Below, piece after piece: positions 31,204-40,991 of a stretch of DNA of 62,800 nt (positions within the stretch are counted from its first letter, which is position 1; every line of letters starts with the position of its first letter). The notes below the pieces were generated by a model. It did no database searches. It was not told where the DNA came from and saw nothing but the letters and a program-made list of their open reading frames with translations. This DNA comes from an uncultured Candidatus Pelagibacter sp. (GTDB taxonomy: Bacteria; Pseudomonadota; Alphaproteobacteria; Pelagibacterales; Pelagibacteraceae), in contig CAJQRS010000002.1 of assembly GCA_905612375.1 (NCBI GenBank), positions 1 through 62,800 of the forward strand. Direction: 5' to 3'. The position numbers and the translations under genes are program-made.

Positions 31204-32772
31204 TTAAAATACTAATAGACCAAAGATTACAAGCAATAATAAACCAACAATAGACCGGTTTCTAAAGGCAATCATTTCAGATTTCTTTTCATTTAGCGCT
31301 GTGAAGGAGCTTGAATTATGAGGTATTTGCCCACTCGCTAAAAATGTAAGCGCTTGATTAGCTTTATCCATAATCTCTGGAAAATCAGGCAATCTTTTAA
31401 TTACTTCAGTAGTACTTTTTAAACCTTCACTTAAAGTATTAATTGGGTCTTTAGTTTCTCTTAACCAACTTTCCAAAACAGGTTTTGAGGTTTCCCATAT
31501 ATTAGTATTAGGATTAAGCTTCCTTGCAACTCCCTCAACAACAACCATAGTTTTTTGTAACATCAATAATTGAGGTTGAGTTTGCATATTAAATTTTTCA
31601 GTAACATCAAAAAGTTGTTTTAATAATTTTCCACCAGAAATGTCTTTAACAGACTGACCAAAAATTGGCTCACCAATTGAGCGCAATGCTTGAGCAAGAT
31701 CATCAACTGGTACATCTTTAGGCACAAGGCCAGCAACCAAATGTACCTCAGCAACTTTTTTATAATCTCTCTGAATAAAACCAAATAAAATCTCAGCTAA
31801 AAATCTTTTACTGAGGCTGTCCAGTCTGCCCATAATGCCAAAGTCTATTGGTACGATTTGTCCATTATTATCAATAAATATATTTCCTTGATGCATATCT
31901 GCATGAAAAAATCCATCCCTAACAGCATGTCTTAGAAAATGCTGAATAACATCAGAGGCAATTCTTTTAGTATCAATATTTCTTTTTTGTAAATCCTCAG
32001 TTTCCCGAATAGAAACGCCATCTACCCAATCAAGTGTCATTACATTTTCACTTGTAAAATTCCAATAGATAGCAGGCACTCTAAAACCTGCATCATTCTT
32101 TGTATTTTCAGCGTATTCATTTGCAGCAGCAGCTTCGAACCTTAAGTCCATTTCTAGATTGGTTATTTCTTTGAGCAAAAAAACAACTTCAATTAATTTT
32201 AATCTTTTTGTTTTTTTAACAAATGATTCAATAAAAAAAGCAAAAAGCATCAATGCATCAATTTCTTCATTAAATGTTTTTTTAATAGCAGGTCTTAATA
32301 TTTTAATAGCTACATCTTTTATTGTACCATTGTCATTTATTTTAGCTTTATGGACTTGAGCTATCGAAGCAGCAGCTACTGGCTCGCTTAAATCTATTAT
32401 TGTATTGAAAGTTTCTTCTCCTAAATCTTTTTTAATTATTGCCTTTGCTTCAGATAAGGAAAAAGCTGGAAGTCTATCTTGTAAACCCTCTAACTGTTTT
32501 GCTAATTCGTCACCAATTATATCTGGTCTCGTAACTAGAAATTGTCCTAACTTAATGAATGTTGTTCCCATTGACTGTAACGAACTGGAAAGTCTTTCAC
32601 CTTGAGTGACATCTAGGTTAATTTTTTTAGGATTAGAAAATGAAAATGAAAGTATTTGAAATAGAATTCTAATAGCTAAAGGGGGTTTTTTAAATTTAGA
32701 AGCAACATTTAAGATGTCAGATTTAGCTAATTTTCTTCCTAATCTAAATAATGTTAATAGTTTTTTAATCAT
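31204..32772 (-). CDS. ubiB: Ubiquinone biosynthesis protein kinase-like UbiB
   Basis: FIKLGQ, AAASIAQVH, FFHADMHQGN and DFGIMG motifs; start set at the ATG overlapping the ubiE stop. Confidence 0.95.
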   Translation of the reverse strand: MIKKLLTLFRLGRKLAKSDILNVASKFKKPPLAIRILFQILSFSFSNPKKINLDVTQGERLSSSLQSMGTTFIKLGQFLVTRPDIIGDELAKQLEGLQDRLPAFSLSEAKAIIKKDLGEETFNTIIDLSEPVAAASIAQVHKAKINDNGTIKDVAIKILRPAIKKTFNEEIDALMLFAFFIESFVKKTKRLKLIEVVFLLKEITNLEMDLRFEAAAANEYAENTKNDAGFRVPAIYWNFTSENVMTLDWVDGVSIRETEDLQKRNIDTKRIASDVIQHFLRHAVRDGFFHADMHQGNIFIDNNGQIVPIDFGIMGRLDSLSKRFLAEILFGFIQRDYKKVAEVHLVAGLVPKDVPVDDLAQALRSIGEPIFGQSVKDISGGKLLKQLFDVTEKFNMQTQPQLLMLQKTMVVVEGVARKLNPNTNIWETSKPVLESWLRETKDPINTLSEGLKSTTEVIKRLPDFPEIMDKANQALTFLASGQIPHNSSSFTALNEKKSEMIAFRNRSIVGLLLLVIFGLLVF

Positions 32773-33476
32773 TATATCTTCCAACCAGAATGAATGGCCA
32801 CAATTCCTCCAGATAAATTTCTATAACTGCAGTTTTCAAATTTATTTATTTTCATTAGATTAACCAACTCTTCTTGATTAATAAACTCTTCAATACTTTT
32901 AACCAAATATTCATAAGGCTCTCTTTGACCCGCAACTGCTTTTCCAATCAAGGGGATAAGCTTTGAATAATTTTTATAGATAAAATCTAGATTTGAGTTT
33001 TGAATTTTAGAAAATTCCAAGCATAAGTAGCGACCACCTGGTTTTAAAACACGATAAGCCTCTGATAGAGCTTTATTAAGATCCTTAGTGTTACGTAAAC
33101 CAAAACTAATTGTATAATAGTCACAAGAATTATCTTTAATGGGTAATTTTTCTGCTGGGGCAATCACCCAGTTAATATTTTTATAAGTGGTTAACTTTGT
33201 TTTGCCCTTGCTAACCATTCCTTTATTAGGGTCTATACAAAAAATTTTACCATCTTTATTGGTTAAATCTAAAAAAAGTTTACCAAGATCACCAGTGCCA
33301 CAGGCAACATCAATTAAAATTTTATTCTCCGATGGGTTCATCCAGCTCATTAGATCTCTTTTCCAAATCCTATGAACACCTAGAGACATGAAGTCGTTCA
33401 TTAAATCATACTTATCATAGACATTATCAAAGACACCTTGAACAAGCCCTTTTTTATTTTGGAGATATTGTTGCAT
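32772..33476 (-). CDS. ubiE: Ubiquinone/menaquinone C-methyltransferase
   Basis: KYDLMNDFMSLGVHRIWK, DVACGTGD, FGLRN and RVLKPGG motifs. Confidence 0.96.
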   Translation of the reverse strand: MQQYLQNKKGLVQGVFDNVYDKYDLMNDFMSLGVHRIWKRDLMSWMNPSENKILIDVACGTGDLGKLFLDLTNKDGKIFCIDPNKGMVSKGKTKLTTYKNINWVIAPAEKLPIKDNSCDYYTISFGLRNTKDLNKALSEAYRVLKPGGRYLCLEFSKIQNSNLDFIYKNYSKLIPLIGKAVAGQREPYEYLVKSIEEFINQEELVNLMKINKFENCSYRNLSGGIVAIHSGWKI

Positions 33477-33511
33477 GTTAAATTTATTATTTATTGATAA
33501 TATAACGTCAA

Positions 33512-34375
33512 ATGCCAGAATTACCAGAAGTAGAAATAGTCAAACAATCGCTAGCTAAAAAAATAGAACAAAAAAAAATCAAGAAAGTAATAATTAAAAA
33601 CAGAAATTTAAGGTTTAAGATTCCTCCAAAATTTGAAGAATTATTACAAAATAAAATTATTAAAAAAATTACCAGGTTTTCTAAATACTTAATTTTAAAT
33701 TTTTCTGATGGTTCATTTTGTTTAATTCATTTAGGAATGTCAGGAACTATTCATTTAATTGAAAAAAATAATTTAAATAAATTTACTAACACGAGTTTTT
33801 ATAATTCCTCAAGTCTTCCAAAAAAACACAACCATGTTGAGATAAATTTTAAAGATTTAAAAATTATTTATAATGATCCTAGAAGATTTGGCTTTTTTAA
33901 ATTCATAGAGAATAAAGAGGCACTTATAGAAAGATTCAATCATTTAGGCCCAGAACCATTTTTTAAAAACTTTGATTTAAGGTATCTTATGAAATATTTC
34001 TTGAATAAAAAAAAAGATATAAAAAGTTTTCTAATAGATCAAAAATTCGTATCCGGAATTGGTAATATTTACGCAAGTGAAATTTTATTTTTCTGTAAAA
34101 TAAATCCAAGAACGTCAGCAATGAAATTGTCCAAACAGGATTGCAAAAATATTATTTTATTTTCTAAGAAAGTGCTTAACAAAGCTATAAAAAAGGGGGG
34201 ATCAAGTATCCGTGACTTTAAAGATACATTTGGAAAAAGTGGTAATTTTCAAAAAGAATTTAAAGCTTATCAAAGAGAAAATCTAAATTGTGTAAGAAGT
34301 AAATGCACTGGCAAAATAAAGAAAATATTCATATCCAATAGATCCACTTTTTTTTGTAATACCTGCCAAAAATAA
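33512..34375 (+). CDS. mutM: Formamidopyrimidine-DNA glycosylase
   Basis: N-terminal MPELPEVE, HLGMSG, DPRRFG, GIGNIYASE and C-terminal zinc finger. Confidence 0.97.
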   Translation: MPELPEVEIVKQSLAKKIEQKKIKKVIIKNRNLRFKIPPKFEELLQNKIIKKITRFSKYLILNFSDGSFCLIHLGMSGTIHLIEKNNLNKFTNTSFYNSSSLPKKHNHVEINFKDLKIIYNDPRRFGFFKFIENKEALIERFNHLGPEPFFKNFDLRYLMKYFLNKKKDIKSFLIDQKFVSGIGNIYASEILFFCKINPRTSAMKLSKQDCKNIILFSKKVLNKAIKKGGSSIRDFKDTFGKSGNFQKEFKAYQRENLNCVRSKCTGKIKKIFISNRSTFFCNTCQK

Positions 34376-34387
34376 GCAATTATTCTA

Positions 34388-34416
34388 TTGACCAGTATAA
34401 ATTCTCGAGCTATACC
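34388..34416 (+). promoter_or_regulatory. Sigma70 promoter of rpsT
   Basis: TTGACC, 17 bp, TATACC; the ATG follows the -10 after only 9 nt. Confidence 0.6.
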
Positions 34417-34425
34417 ACTGCGCTT

Positions 34426-34686
34426 ATGGCAAACACAAAATCAGCAATTAAAAGAATTAGAAAAATTGCTACGCAAACACTAGTTAATAAGGCCCGTAAA
34501 AGCAAATATAGGAATGCTATAAAAAAAATGAACCTTCTTCTTGAAGAAAAGAAAAAAGATGAAGCTTTAAAATTCTTGCCAAAGTTGAACTCTGAATTAA
34601 TGAAAGTTGTAAAGACTGGAATTATTAAGAAAGCTAATGCCTCACGAAATGTTTCGAGAATAACAAAAAAGATTTCAGCTCTATAA
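34426..34686 (+). CDS. rpsT: 30S ribosomal protein S20
   Basis: MANTKSAIKRIR...GIIKKANASR motifs. Confidence 0.96.
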   Translation: MANTKSAIKRIRKIATQTLVNKARKSKYRNAIKKMNLLLEEKKKDEALKFLPKLNSELMKVVKTGIIKKANASRNVSRITKKISAL

Positions 34687-35021
34687 ACCACCTACAGTTG
34701 TTGAATAATTTCAACCTAAAGTATTTATACCAAATAAGATTTATTTTTATTTAACCATACTACATCTAGATTTAGTATAATTTATAATTTATAAATCATA
34801 CACTCATAGATTTTAAATTAGTAAAATTTATTTTTGTTATATTTTGTTCAATTAAATTACATTACGACAAAAATATTTTCCAAGAATAAAAACAGACCAC
34901 TTTTGAAAAAAGTCCCCATTAAAAATGATTCACCTACAGATTTTATTTATTTTTAAAATTACAAACATTTTTATTGTATAATATTTGTTTTGCTTCTAAC
35001 TGACTTTATTCCTACAAATTT

Positions 35022-36434
35022 ATGTCCAGCAATAATATAACACAGAATTTAAAAAGCAGTTCGTCTGAAGCTCTAGACTGGGCTGTTATACAAAAAGATA
35101 TGAAGAATAAGCTAGGCAGTGACATATACGAAAGCTGGCTTAGAAAAATAGATTTTGTTGAAGAGATGAGTAACTACATCTTACTCTCTGTTTCAACTAG
35201 ATTTATAAGAGATTGGATTACTTCAAGGTATTTAGATCAAATTTTACAAGTTGTTAAAGTCTATAAAAAAGATCTAACAAGGATTGAATTTAAAATTGTA
35301 GAAAAAAATTATGACAATGATATTAAAAATAATATTCATTCAAAAGAAAGTAATGAAAATGTATCATTTATTAAAGACACATATTTACAGTACAATAGAA
35401 TTGACCCTAACAAGAGATTTGATAATTTTATAACTGGAACAAGTAATAAATTAGCATACGAAGCATCATTAAAAGTGTCAGAAAACATTTCCCATTATAA
35501 TCCACTTTATATTTATGGGGGTGTCGGAATGGGCAAAACTCATTTATTGAATTCTATTGGCCTTTCTTTGAAGGACAAAAATAAGGTTATGTTTATCTCT
35601 GCTGAAAGATTTATGTATCAATTTGTTAAGTCCATTAAATCTAATGATATGGTAAAATTCAAAGAATATTTTAGAAATACAGATATTTTGTTAATTGATG
35701 ATATCCAGTTTATGAATGGTAAAGAAGCCATGCAAGAGGAGTTTTTTCACACATTTAATGCATTACTCGATAAGGGTTCGCAAGTAATAATTTCTGCAGA
35801 TAGAGCTCCAAACAAACTATCTAGAATTCAAGATAGAATTAAATCAAGATTTGCGGGTGGTTTAGTTGTTGATATTCAAAAACCAGATTACGAACTTAGA
35901 AGTAAAATTGTTAAACAAAAAACAGAAGAGCTAAATGTTTTTTATTCCAATCAAGTAAATATTTCAGATGAAATACAAAAATTTATTAGTACTGAAATCA
36001 CAACAAGCATCAGGGAGTTAGTTGGTGCAATTAATAGAATTGTCTCATTTTCAAGAATATATAACAAGGTTCCAAATTTATCTGAAGTTAAAGTTGTTTT
36101 AAAAGACTTACTAAATATAGGTGAAAATAAAGTAACTATTGATTTAATTCAATCTACTGTTTGTAAATTCTTTAAAATAAGTAAAAATGAGATGCTATCC
36201 TCAAGAAGGTCAAGATATTTGGTTAGACCAAGACAGATTGCAATTTATTTAACTAAGATACTAACATCTAAATCCTTACCGGAAATTGGCAGGGAATTCT
36301 CTAACAGGGATCACACAACAATTATACATTCTGTTAAAACAATTGAAAAATTGAAGGAAAATGATCAAGAAATGACTAACAATATTAATAACTTAAAAAA
36401 TCAAATATTGTATACTAAAGAAAATGAAATTTAA
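35022..36434 (+). CDS. dnaA: Chromosomal replication initiator DnaA
   Basis: YNPLYIYGGVGMGKTHL, LLIDDIQF, QEEFFHTFN and SLPEIGREFSNRDHTTIIH motifs. Confidence 0.98.
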   Translation: MSSNNITQNLKSSSSEALDWAVIQKDMKNKLGSDIYESWLRKIDFVEEMSNYILLSVSTRFIRDWITSRYLDQILQVVKVYKKDLTRIEFKIVEKNYDNDIKNNIHSKESNENVSFIKDTYLQYNRIDPNKRFDNFITGTSNKLAYEASLKVSENISHYNPLYIYGGVGMGKTHLLNSIGLSLKDKNKVMFISAERFMYQFVKSIKSNDMVKFKEYFRNTDILLIDDIQFMNGKEAMQEEFFHTFNALLDKGSQVIISADRAPNKLSRIQDRIKSRFAGGLVVDIQKPDYELRSKIVKQKTEELNVFYSNQVNISDEIQKFISTEITTSIRELVGAINRIVSFSRIYNKVPNLSEVKVVLKDLLNIGENKVTIDLIQSTVCKFFKISKNEMLSSRRSRYLVRPRQIAIYLTKILTSKSLPEIGREFSNRDHTTIIHSVKTIEKLKENDQEMTNNINNLKNQILYTKENEI

Positions 36435-37536
36435 CGTTAATCAGCAAGATTTGCAGCAAGCACTGAATTATTGTCAGGGTGTAATAGAAAAAAGAAGCAC
36501 ACTTCCAATTTTATCAAACATTTTGTTAAATGCTAGTAATTCAAATTTAACAATTACTGCAACAGACTTAGATTTAATATTTATCCACCAAATTAATAAT
36601 GTAGAAATTATTGAAGAAGGTAATACGACTACTACTTCATCAACCATATATGATATTATAAGAAAGTTTTCTTCAGGGAAAAAAATTAATCTTTCTTTAA
36701 CAGATGCTAGTAAGCTTCAAGTAGAATCAGAAAAGTCTGTTTTTAACTTAAATTGTATTAGTGCATCTGAATTTCCTTTAACAGATGAAAATTTTAATCA
36801 AAATGAGTTTTCTATAAAATCTAAACAATTATTAAAACTGTTAAATAAATGTAAATTCTCAGTTTCCAATGATGAAACAAGACATTATTTAAGTGGAATT
36901 TTTTTTCATCAAACTGAAACTGAAGATCAAATTTTTTTGACTGCAGCAGCAACGGATAGTCACAGAATGTCTATATCAAAAATAAGACTAGATCAGAAAG
37001 TAGATTTTGAACCAATTATATTGCCTAAAAAAACAATATTCCAATTGTGCTCTTTGCTAGAAAATTATGATGGTGATGTAAAGATCTCAAATATTAAATC
37101 TAAAATTAAATTTGAATTTAATAATAGTATTTTAATTTCAAAGTTAATTGATGGTAAGTTTCCTAATTATATTCAAGTGATACCAAAAAATAACGAAAAA
37201 AAACTAGAAATAGACCTAAAATTATTTTTAGACTCTGTAGACAGGGTCGCTTCAGTTTCATTGGATAAAAAAGATGGGGTAAAATTTAATTTATCAAAAG
37301 ATGTTTTAAATCTATCAGTCAATAATACCAATAGTGGTGATGGAAAAGAAAGTTTAAACGTAAAATTTGAGGATGATTTAGAAATTAGTTTTAATTCTAG
37401 ATATTTAATCGATGTTGCGTCACAGTTAGATGGAGATAAAATTGAAATTTTTTTTAATGACACTGGCTCTCCAGCACTAATTAAAGATCCAGGTGACTTT
37501 GACAGTATATTTGTTGTAATGCCTATGAAGGGCTAA
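36424..37536 (+). CDS. dnaN: DNA polymerase III beta clamp
   Basis: TLPILSN, ATDLD, DETRHYLSG, ATDSHR and VVMPMK motifs. Confidence 0.97.
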   Translation: MKFNVNQQDLQQALNYCQGVIEKRSTLPILSNILLNASNSNLTITATDLDLIFIHQINNVEIIEEGNTTTTSSTIYDIIRKFSSGKKINLSLTDASKLQVESEKSVFNLNCISASEFPLTDENFNQNEFSIKSKQLLKLLNKCKFSVSNDETRHYLSGIFFHQTETEDQIFLTAAATDSHRMSISKIRLDQKVDFEPIILPKKTIFQLCSLLENYDGDVKISNIKSKIKFEFNNSILISKLIDGKFPNYIQVIPKNNEKKLEIDLKLFLDSVDRVASVSLDKKDGVKFNLSKDVLNLSVNNTNSGDGKESLNVKFEDDLEISFNSRYLIDVASQLDGDKIEIFFNDTGSPALIKDPGDFDSIFVVMPMKG

Positions 37537-38243
37537 TTTAGAACGTCCAGTTCAGAGTAAATAACATTCTCTAATTTTTTTAAGAAAATTTCTTTTGCTA
37601 ACCCCGGTTCTATAGATTCTAAAATTGAAATAGTCAAAATCGTATCAATTTTTTTTAAACCTTTTTTTGGCCAAGTATTTCCAGAGTTAATTGCTATTGG
37701 TTGACATGATATTTTTAGCTCTTCATAGATTCTGCTGGAACCTTTTTTAAAGGATGTCCTGTCTTCTGGCGGCAATCTTGTTCCCTGTGGAAAAATTATT
37801 AAAGGTCTATCTGATGAATTAATTTGTTTTGATATATTTTCAAAGAAATTAAGATTTTTTTTTGAAATCTTATTTCTTTTAATTGATATTGAGCCAATTT
37901 TTTTAAGATACCAGCCAAATATAGGTATCGATAACAACTCTTTTTTTAGAATAAAAACTGGAGAATTAAAAATTGTTTGTAAAAAAAAAGTTTCAAACAT
38001 TGACTGATGAGAGGCGGCTATAAAAAATTTTTTATTTTTTATTATATTTTCCTTACCTTTGATAATTATTTTAGTTGATAAAAAAATTTGTAAACAAAAA
38101 GAGGTCCAATGTCCCATAATTTTTCCACCAAATAAAACTATTTTCTTGGGTAAAAAAATTGTTGGAAGAAATATTAAAGAAATAAAAGTGATTCCAGTAA
38201 AAAAGAAGAGAGTAAATAAAAAGTTTCTTATCATTTTTATCAA
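37533..38243 (-). CDS. plsC: 1-acyl-sn-glycerol-3-phosphate acyltransferase
   Basis: HQSMFE and IIFPQGTR motifs; N-terminal TM segment. Confidence 0.88.
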   Translation of the reverse strand: MIKMIRNFLFTLFFFTGITFISLIFLPTIFLPKKIVLFGGKIMGHWTSFCLQIFLSTKIIIKGKENIIKNKKFFIAASHQSMFETFFLQTIFNSPVFILKKELLSIPIFGWYLKKIGSISIKRNKISKKNLNFFENISKQINSSDRPLIIFPQGTRLPPEDRTSFKKGSSRIYEELKISCQPIAINSGNTWPKKGLKKIDTILTISILESIEPGLAKEIFLKKLENVIYSELDVLN

Positions 38244-38246
38244 AAA

Positions 38247-39461
38247 CTAAATTAAGTCTTCTAGCTTTTGTCTTTTTTTAATTACATTAATTTTAGACCC
38301 TTTGATTAATATCTCTATCGGCTTTGGCCTAACATTATAGTTTGAGCTTAATGACATACCATAAGCTCCAACATCACACATTACTACAAGATCTTTTTCT
38401 TTTAGTTTTTGAAATTTTTTTAGAGTTGTAAACTTATCAGTGCTTTCACAAATTGGTCCAACAAACTCATAAACTTTTTTCGAAGTTTGATTTGTTTTTA
38501 TTGCAGGTAACATCTTGTGGTTTGCGCCATATAGCGCTGGTCTCATAAAGTCATTCATTGCAGCATCTAATATAATAAAGTTTTTTTTATTATTTTCTTT
38601 TATATAAATAACTTTTGATACAAGTGAGCCTATGTTACCGACTATTGATCTACCTGGCTCAAATATAATTTTAGATTTATGATTCTTTAAGAATTTCTTT
38701 ATAGCAATATTATATTTTTGATAATTGAGCTTTTTGTCATTTTTTCCATAAGATATTCCCATACCACCACCAAGGTCGATAAACTCAAACTTATAATTAC
38801 TTTTTTTGATAATTCTATCCACTACCTTAAGCATTTTTTCATATGGTTTGTAGTCTAGAATTTGACTTCCTATATGAACACTTAAACATTTAAGATTAAT
38901 ATGCTTTGATAACTTAGAATATTTTAAAAGAAAAAAAAAATTTTTTTCATCAACACCAAATTTATTTTCTTTTCTACCAGTTGAAATTTGTTTTAGAGTT
39001 TTTGCATCTGTGTTTGGATTTAATCTAATTCCGATGTTTATAATTTTTTTTTTAGATTTTGCAATTCTTTCAATTTCGTTAATTTCACTTTTGGATTCAG
39101 CATTTATTAATAAAATATTTTTATCAATGGCATAGCCTATTTCATTTGATGTTTTTCCGACTCCTGAAAAAACTATTTTTTTAGGATCTATGCCAGCTTT
39201 AAGAGCCACCATCAATTCCCCTATTGATACAACGTCTGCACCTAACCCAAATTTTCTGATTTCTTTTATCAAATTTACATTAGTATTGGATTTAATGGCA
39301 AAACATATTAAAGGAGAAAATGATTTAAAGTTTTTTTTGAAGTTGCTTATATTTTCTTTTAATTTTTTGTGTGAATAGCAGTAGATGGGAGTGCCAAATT
39401 TTTTAGCAATATTTTGAACTTTAATTTTTTCAATAGAGAGACTTTTATTAATATATTTCAT
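38247..39461 (-). CDS. lysA: Diaminopimelate decarboxylase
   Basis: FGTPIYCY, AIKSN, ENKFG, HIGSQI, EPGRSIV and GPICESTD motifs. Confidence 0.96.
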   Translation of the reverse strand: MKYINKSLSIEKIKVQNIAKKFGTPIYCYSHKKLKENISNFKKNFKSFSPLICFAIKSNTNVNLIKEIRKFGLGADVVSIGELMVALKAGIDPKKIVFSGVGKTSNEIGYAIDKNILLINAESKSEINEIERIAKSKKKIINIGIRLNPNTDAKTLKQISTGRKENKFGVDEKNFFFLLKYSKLSKHINLKCLSVHIGSQILDYKPYEKMLKVVDRIIKKSNYKFEFIDLGGGMGISYGKNDKKLNYQKYNIAIKKFLKNHKSKIIFEPGRSIVGNIGSLVSKVIYIKENNKKNFIILDAAMNDFMRPALYGANHKMLPAIKTNQTSKKVYEFVGPICESTDKFTTLKKFQKLKEKDLVVMCDVGAYGMSLSSNYNVRPKPIEILIKGSKINVIKKRQKLEDLI

Positions 39462-39577
39462 TAAATCCTAAATGTAAGGATATTGTTTTTGATAGCTTTG
39501 TATTTAGGATCTTCTTTTTTGCCACAAGAAAATAGCAAAATACAGAGTATAGAAATTAAAAATAATTTTTTTATCAT
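39461..39577 (-). CDS. Small lipoprotein, LptM/LppL (YifL)-like, 38 aa
   Basis: Not in ORF track. MIKKLFLISILCILLFSCGKKEDPKYKAIKNNILTFRI; lipobox-like LFSC then GKK; fills the argH-lysA gap exactly and overlaps the lysA start by TAATG. Confidence 0.8.
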   Translation of the reverse strand: MIKKLFLISILCILLFSCGKKEDPKYKAIKNNILTFRI

Positions 39578-39578
39578 T

Positions 39579-40967
39579 TTATGCTTTTTTATATTTTATT
39601 ATCATTTTTTTAATATTATCAAAAGATGTTCCACCATAAGATTTTTTAGAATTTACTGAGTTTTTTACATTAAATATCTTTAATACCTCAGTTGTAAGTT
39701 TAGGTTCAATTTTTTTTAACTCTTCAATACTGAGTTCATTTAATTTTTTCTTTTTCTTTTCAGCAAAATTAACAATCATAGCCGTAGTTTGATACGCCTT
39801 TCTAAATGGTATGGCATGGTTTTTAACAAGATAATCAGCCAAATCTGTGGCTGTAATATAGCCTGAATTTGCAAGATCTAACATTTTTTGTTTATTAGGT
39901 TTTAAATTTTTTAAAACTTCATTAAGGATTGAAATACAGTTATTAAGAATTTCATTAGATTTAAATAATATTTCTTTATCATCTTGCAGATCTTTAAAGT
40001 AAGATATTGGTAGACCTTTAAGTATGGTTAGCATTGAAAATAAATTTCCATATGTTGTGCCAGTTTTTCCTCTTAGATATTCTAATAAATCAGGATTTTT
40101 TTTTTGTGGCATTATTGAAGATCCTGTAACAACTTTATCTGAAAGAGTGATCAAATTAAAACCATCTGAGTTCCAAATAATCAATTCCTCAGATATTCTT
40201 GAGATGTGCATAGAGCAAACCGATACACTATATAAAAAGTCTAAAACAAAATCTCTGTCAGCAACAGTATCTATCGAGTTATTTGTTGGCCTTTTAAATC
40301 CTAGTTTTTTTGAAGTAAAATTTCTATCAATATTAAAAGAAGTGCCTGTTAATGCCGCAACGCCAAGAGGACATTCTGATAAACTTTCCAAGTTATAAGA
40401 AAATCTTTTTTTATCTCTAATAAACATTTCTACATAAGCCATTAAATAGTGTGCAAACGATACAGCTTGAGCATTTTTTAAATGTGTAAACCCTGGCATT
40501 ACTGTTTCAATATTTCTTTCAGAAATTTTAAGAATTGTTTTAATAATATTATCTAAGTTTTTATTAATCTTTTTAGTAGCTGATGTAGTCCAAATTTTAA
40601 AATCAGTGATTACTTGATCATTTCTAGATCTTGCAGTGTGTACATACCCCGCTTCTTCACCAATTATCTGAAATAGTCTTTTTTCAATATTCATATGAAT
40701 ATCTTCATATTTTTTATTATATGCAAATTTATTTTTTAAAATTTCTTTCTCAATTCTATTTAGTCCATAAGTTATTTTATTCTTAATTTTAAATGAAATA
40801 ATCTTTTGTCTAAACAACATTTCAGCATGTGCAATTGAACCCATGATATCCTCCTTAAAAAGTTGCTTATCAACATCTATTGAATTACCTACTTTTTGGA
40901 ATAATGTAGAGACATCTTTTTTTATTCTTGATCCCCATATTGCTTTATTGTTTTTATTTTTTACCAT
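39579..40967 (-). CDS. argH: Argininosuccinate lyase
   Basis: EDIHMNIE, HTARSRNDQV, MPGFTHL and GSSIMPQKKNPD motifs. Confidence 0.97.
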   Translation of the reverse strand: MVKNKNNKAIWGSRIKKDVSTLFQKVGNSIDVDKQLFKEDIMGSIAHAEMLFRQKIISFKIKNKITYGLNRIEKEILKNKFAYNKKYEDIHMNIEKRLFQIIGEEAGYVHTARSRNDQVITDFKIWTTSATKKINKNLDNIIKTILKISERNIETVMPGFTHLKNAQAVSFAHYLMAYVEMFIRDKKRFSYNLESLSECPLGVAALTGTSFNIDRNFTSKKLGFKRPTNNSIDTVADRDFVLDFLYSVSVCSMHISRISEELIIWNSDGFNLITLSDKVVTGSSIMPQKKNPDLLEYLRGKTGTTYGNLFSMLTILKGLPISYFKDLQDDKEILFKSNEILNNCISILNEVLKNLKPNKQKMLDLANSGYITATDLADYLVKNHAIPFRKAYQTTAMIVNFAEKKKKKLNELSIEELKKIEPKLTTEVLKIFNVKNSVNSKKSYGGTSFDNIKKMIIKYKKA

Positions 40968-40991
40968 GGTAATTAATTATACATATTTAGT

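Noticed and set aside
34751-34758. TTAACCAT CtrA half-site
   Set aside because: A single short AT-rich match with no TTAA-N7-TTAA partner; the presence of ctrA in this genome is unknown.
34687-35021. oriC upstream of dnaA
   Set aside because: No TTATNCACA-consensus DnaA boxes found by eye (best 7/9). Alphaproteobacterial origins are often elsewhere (near hemE), and GC skew cannot be judged from this window.
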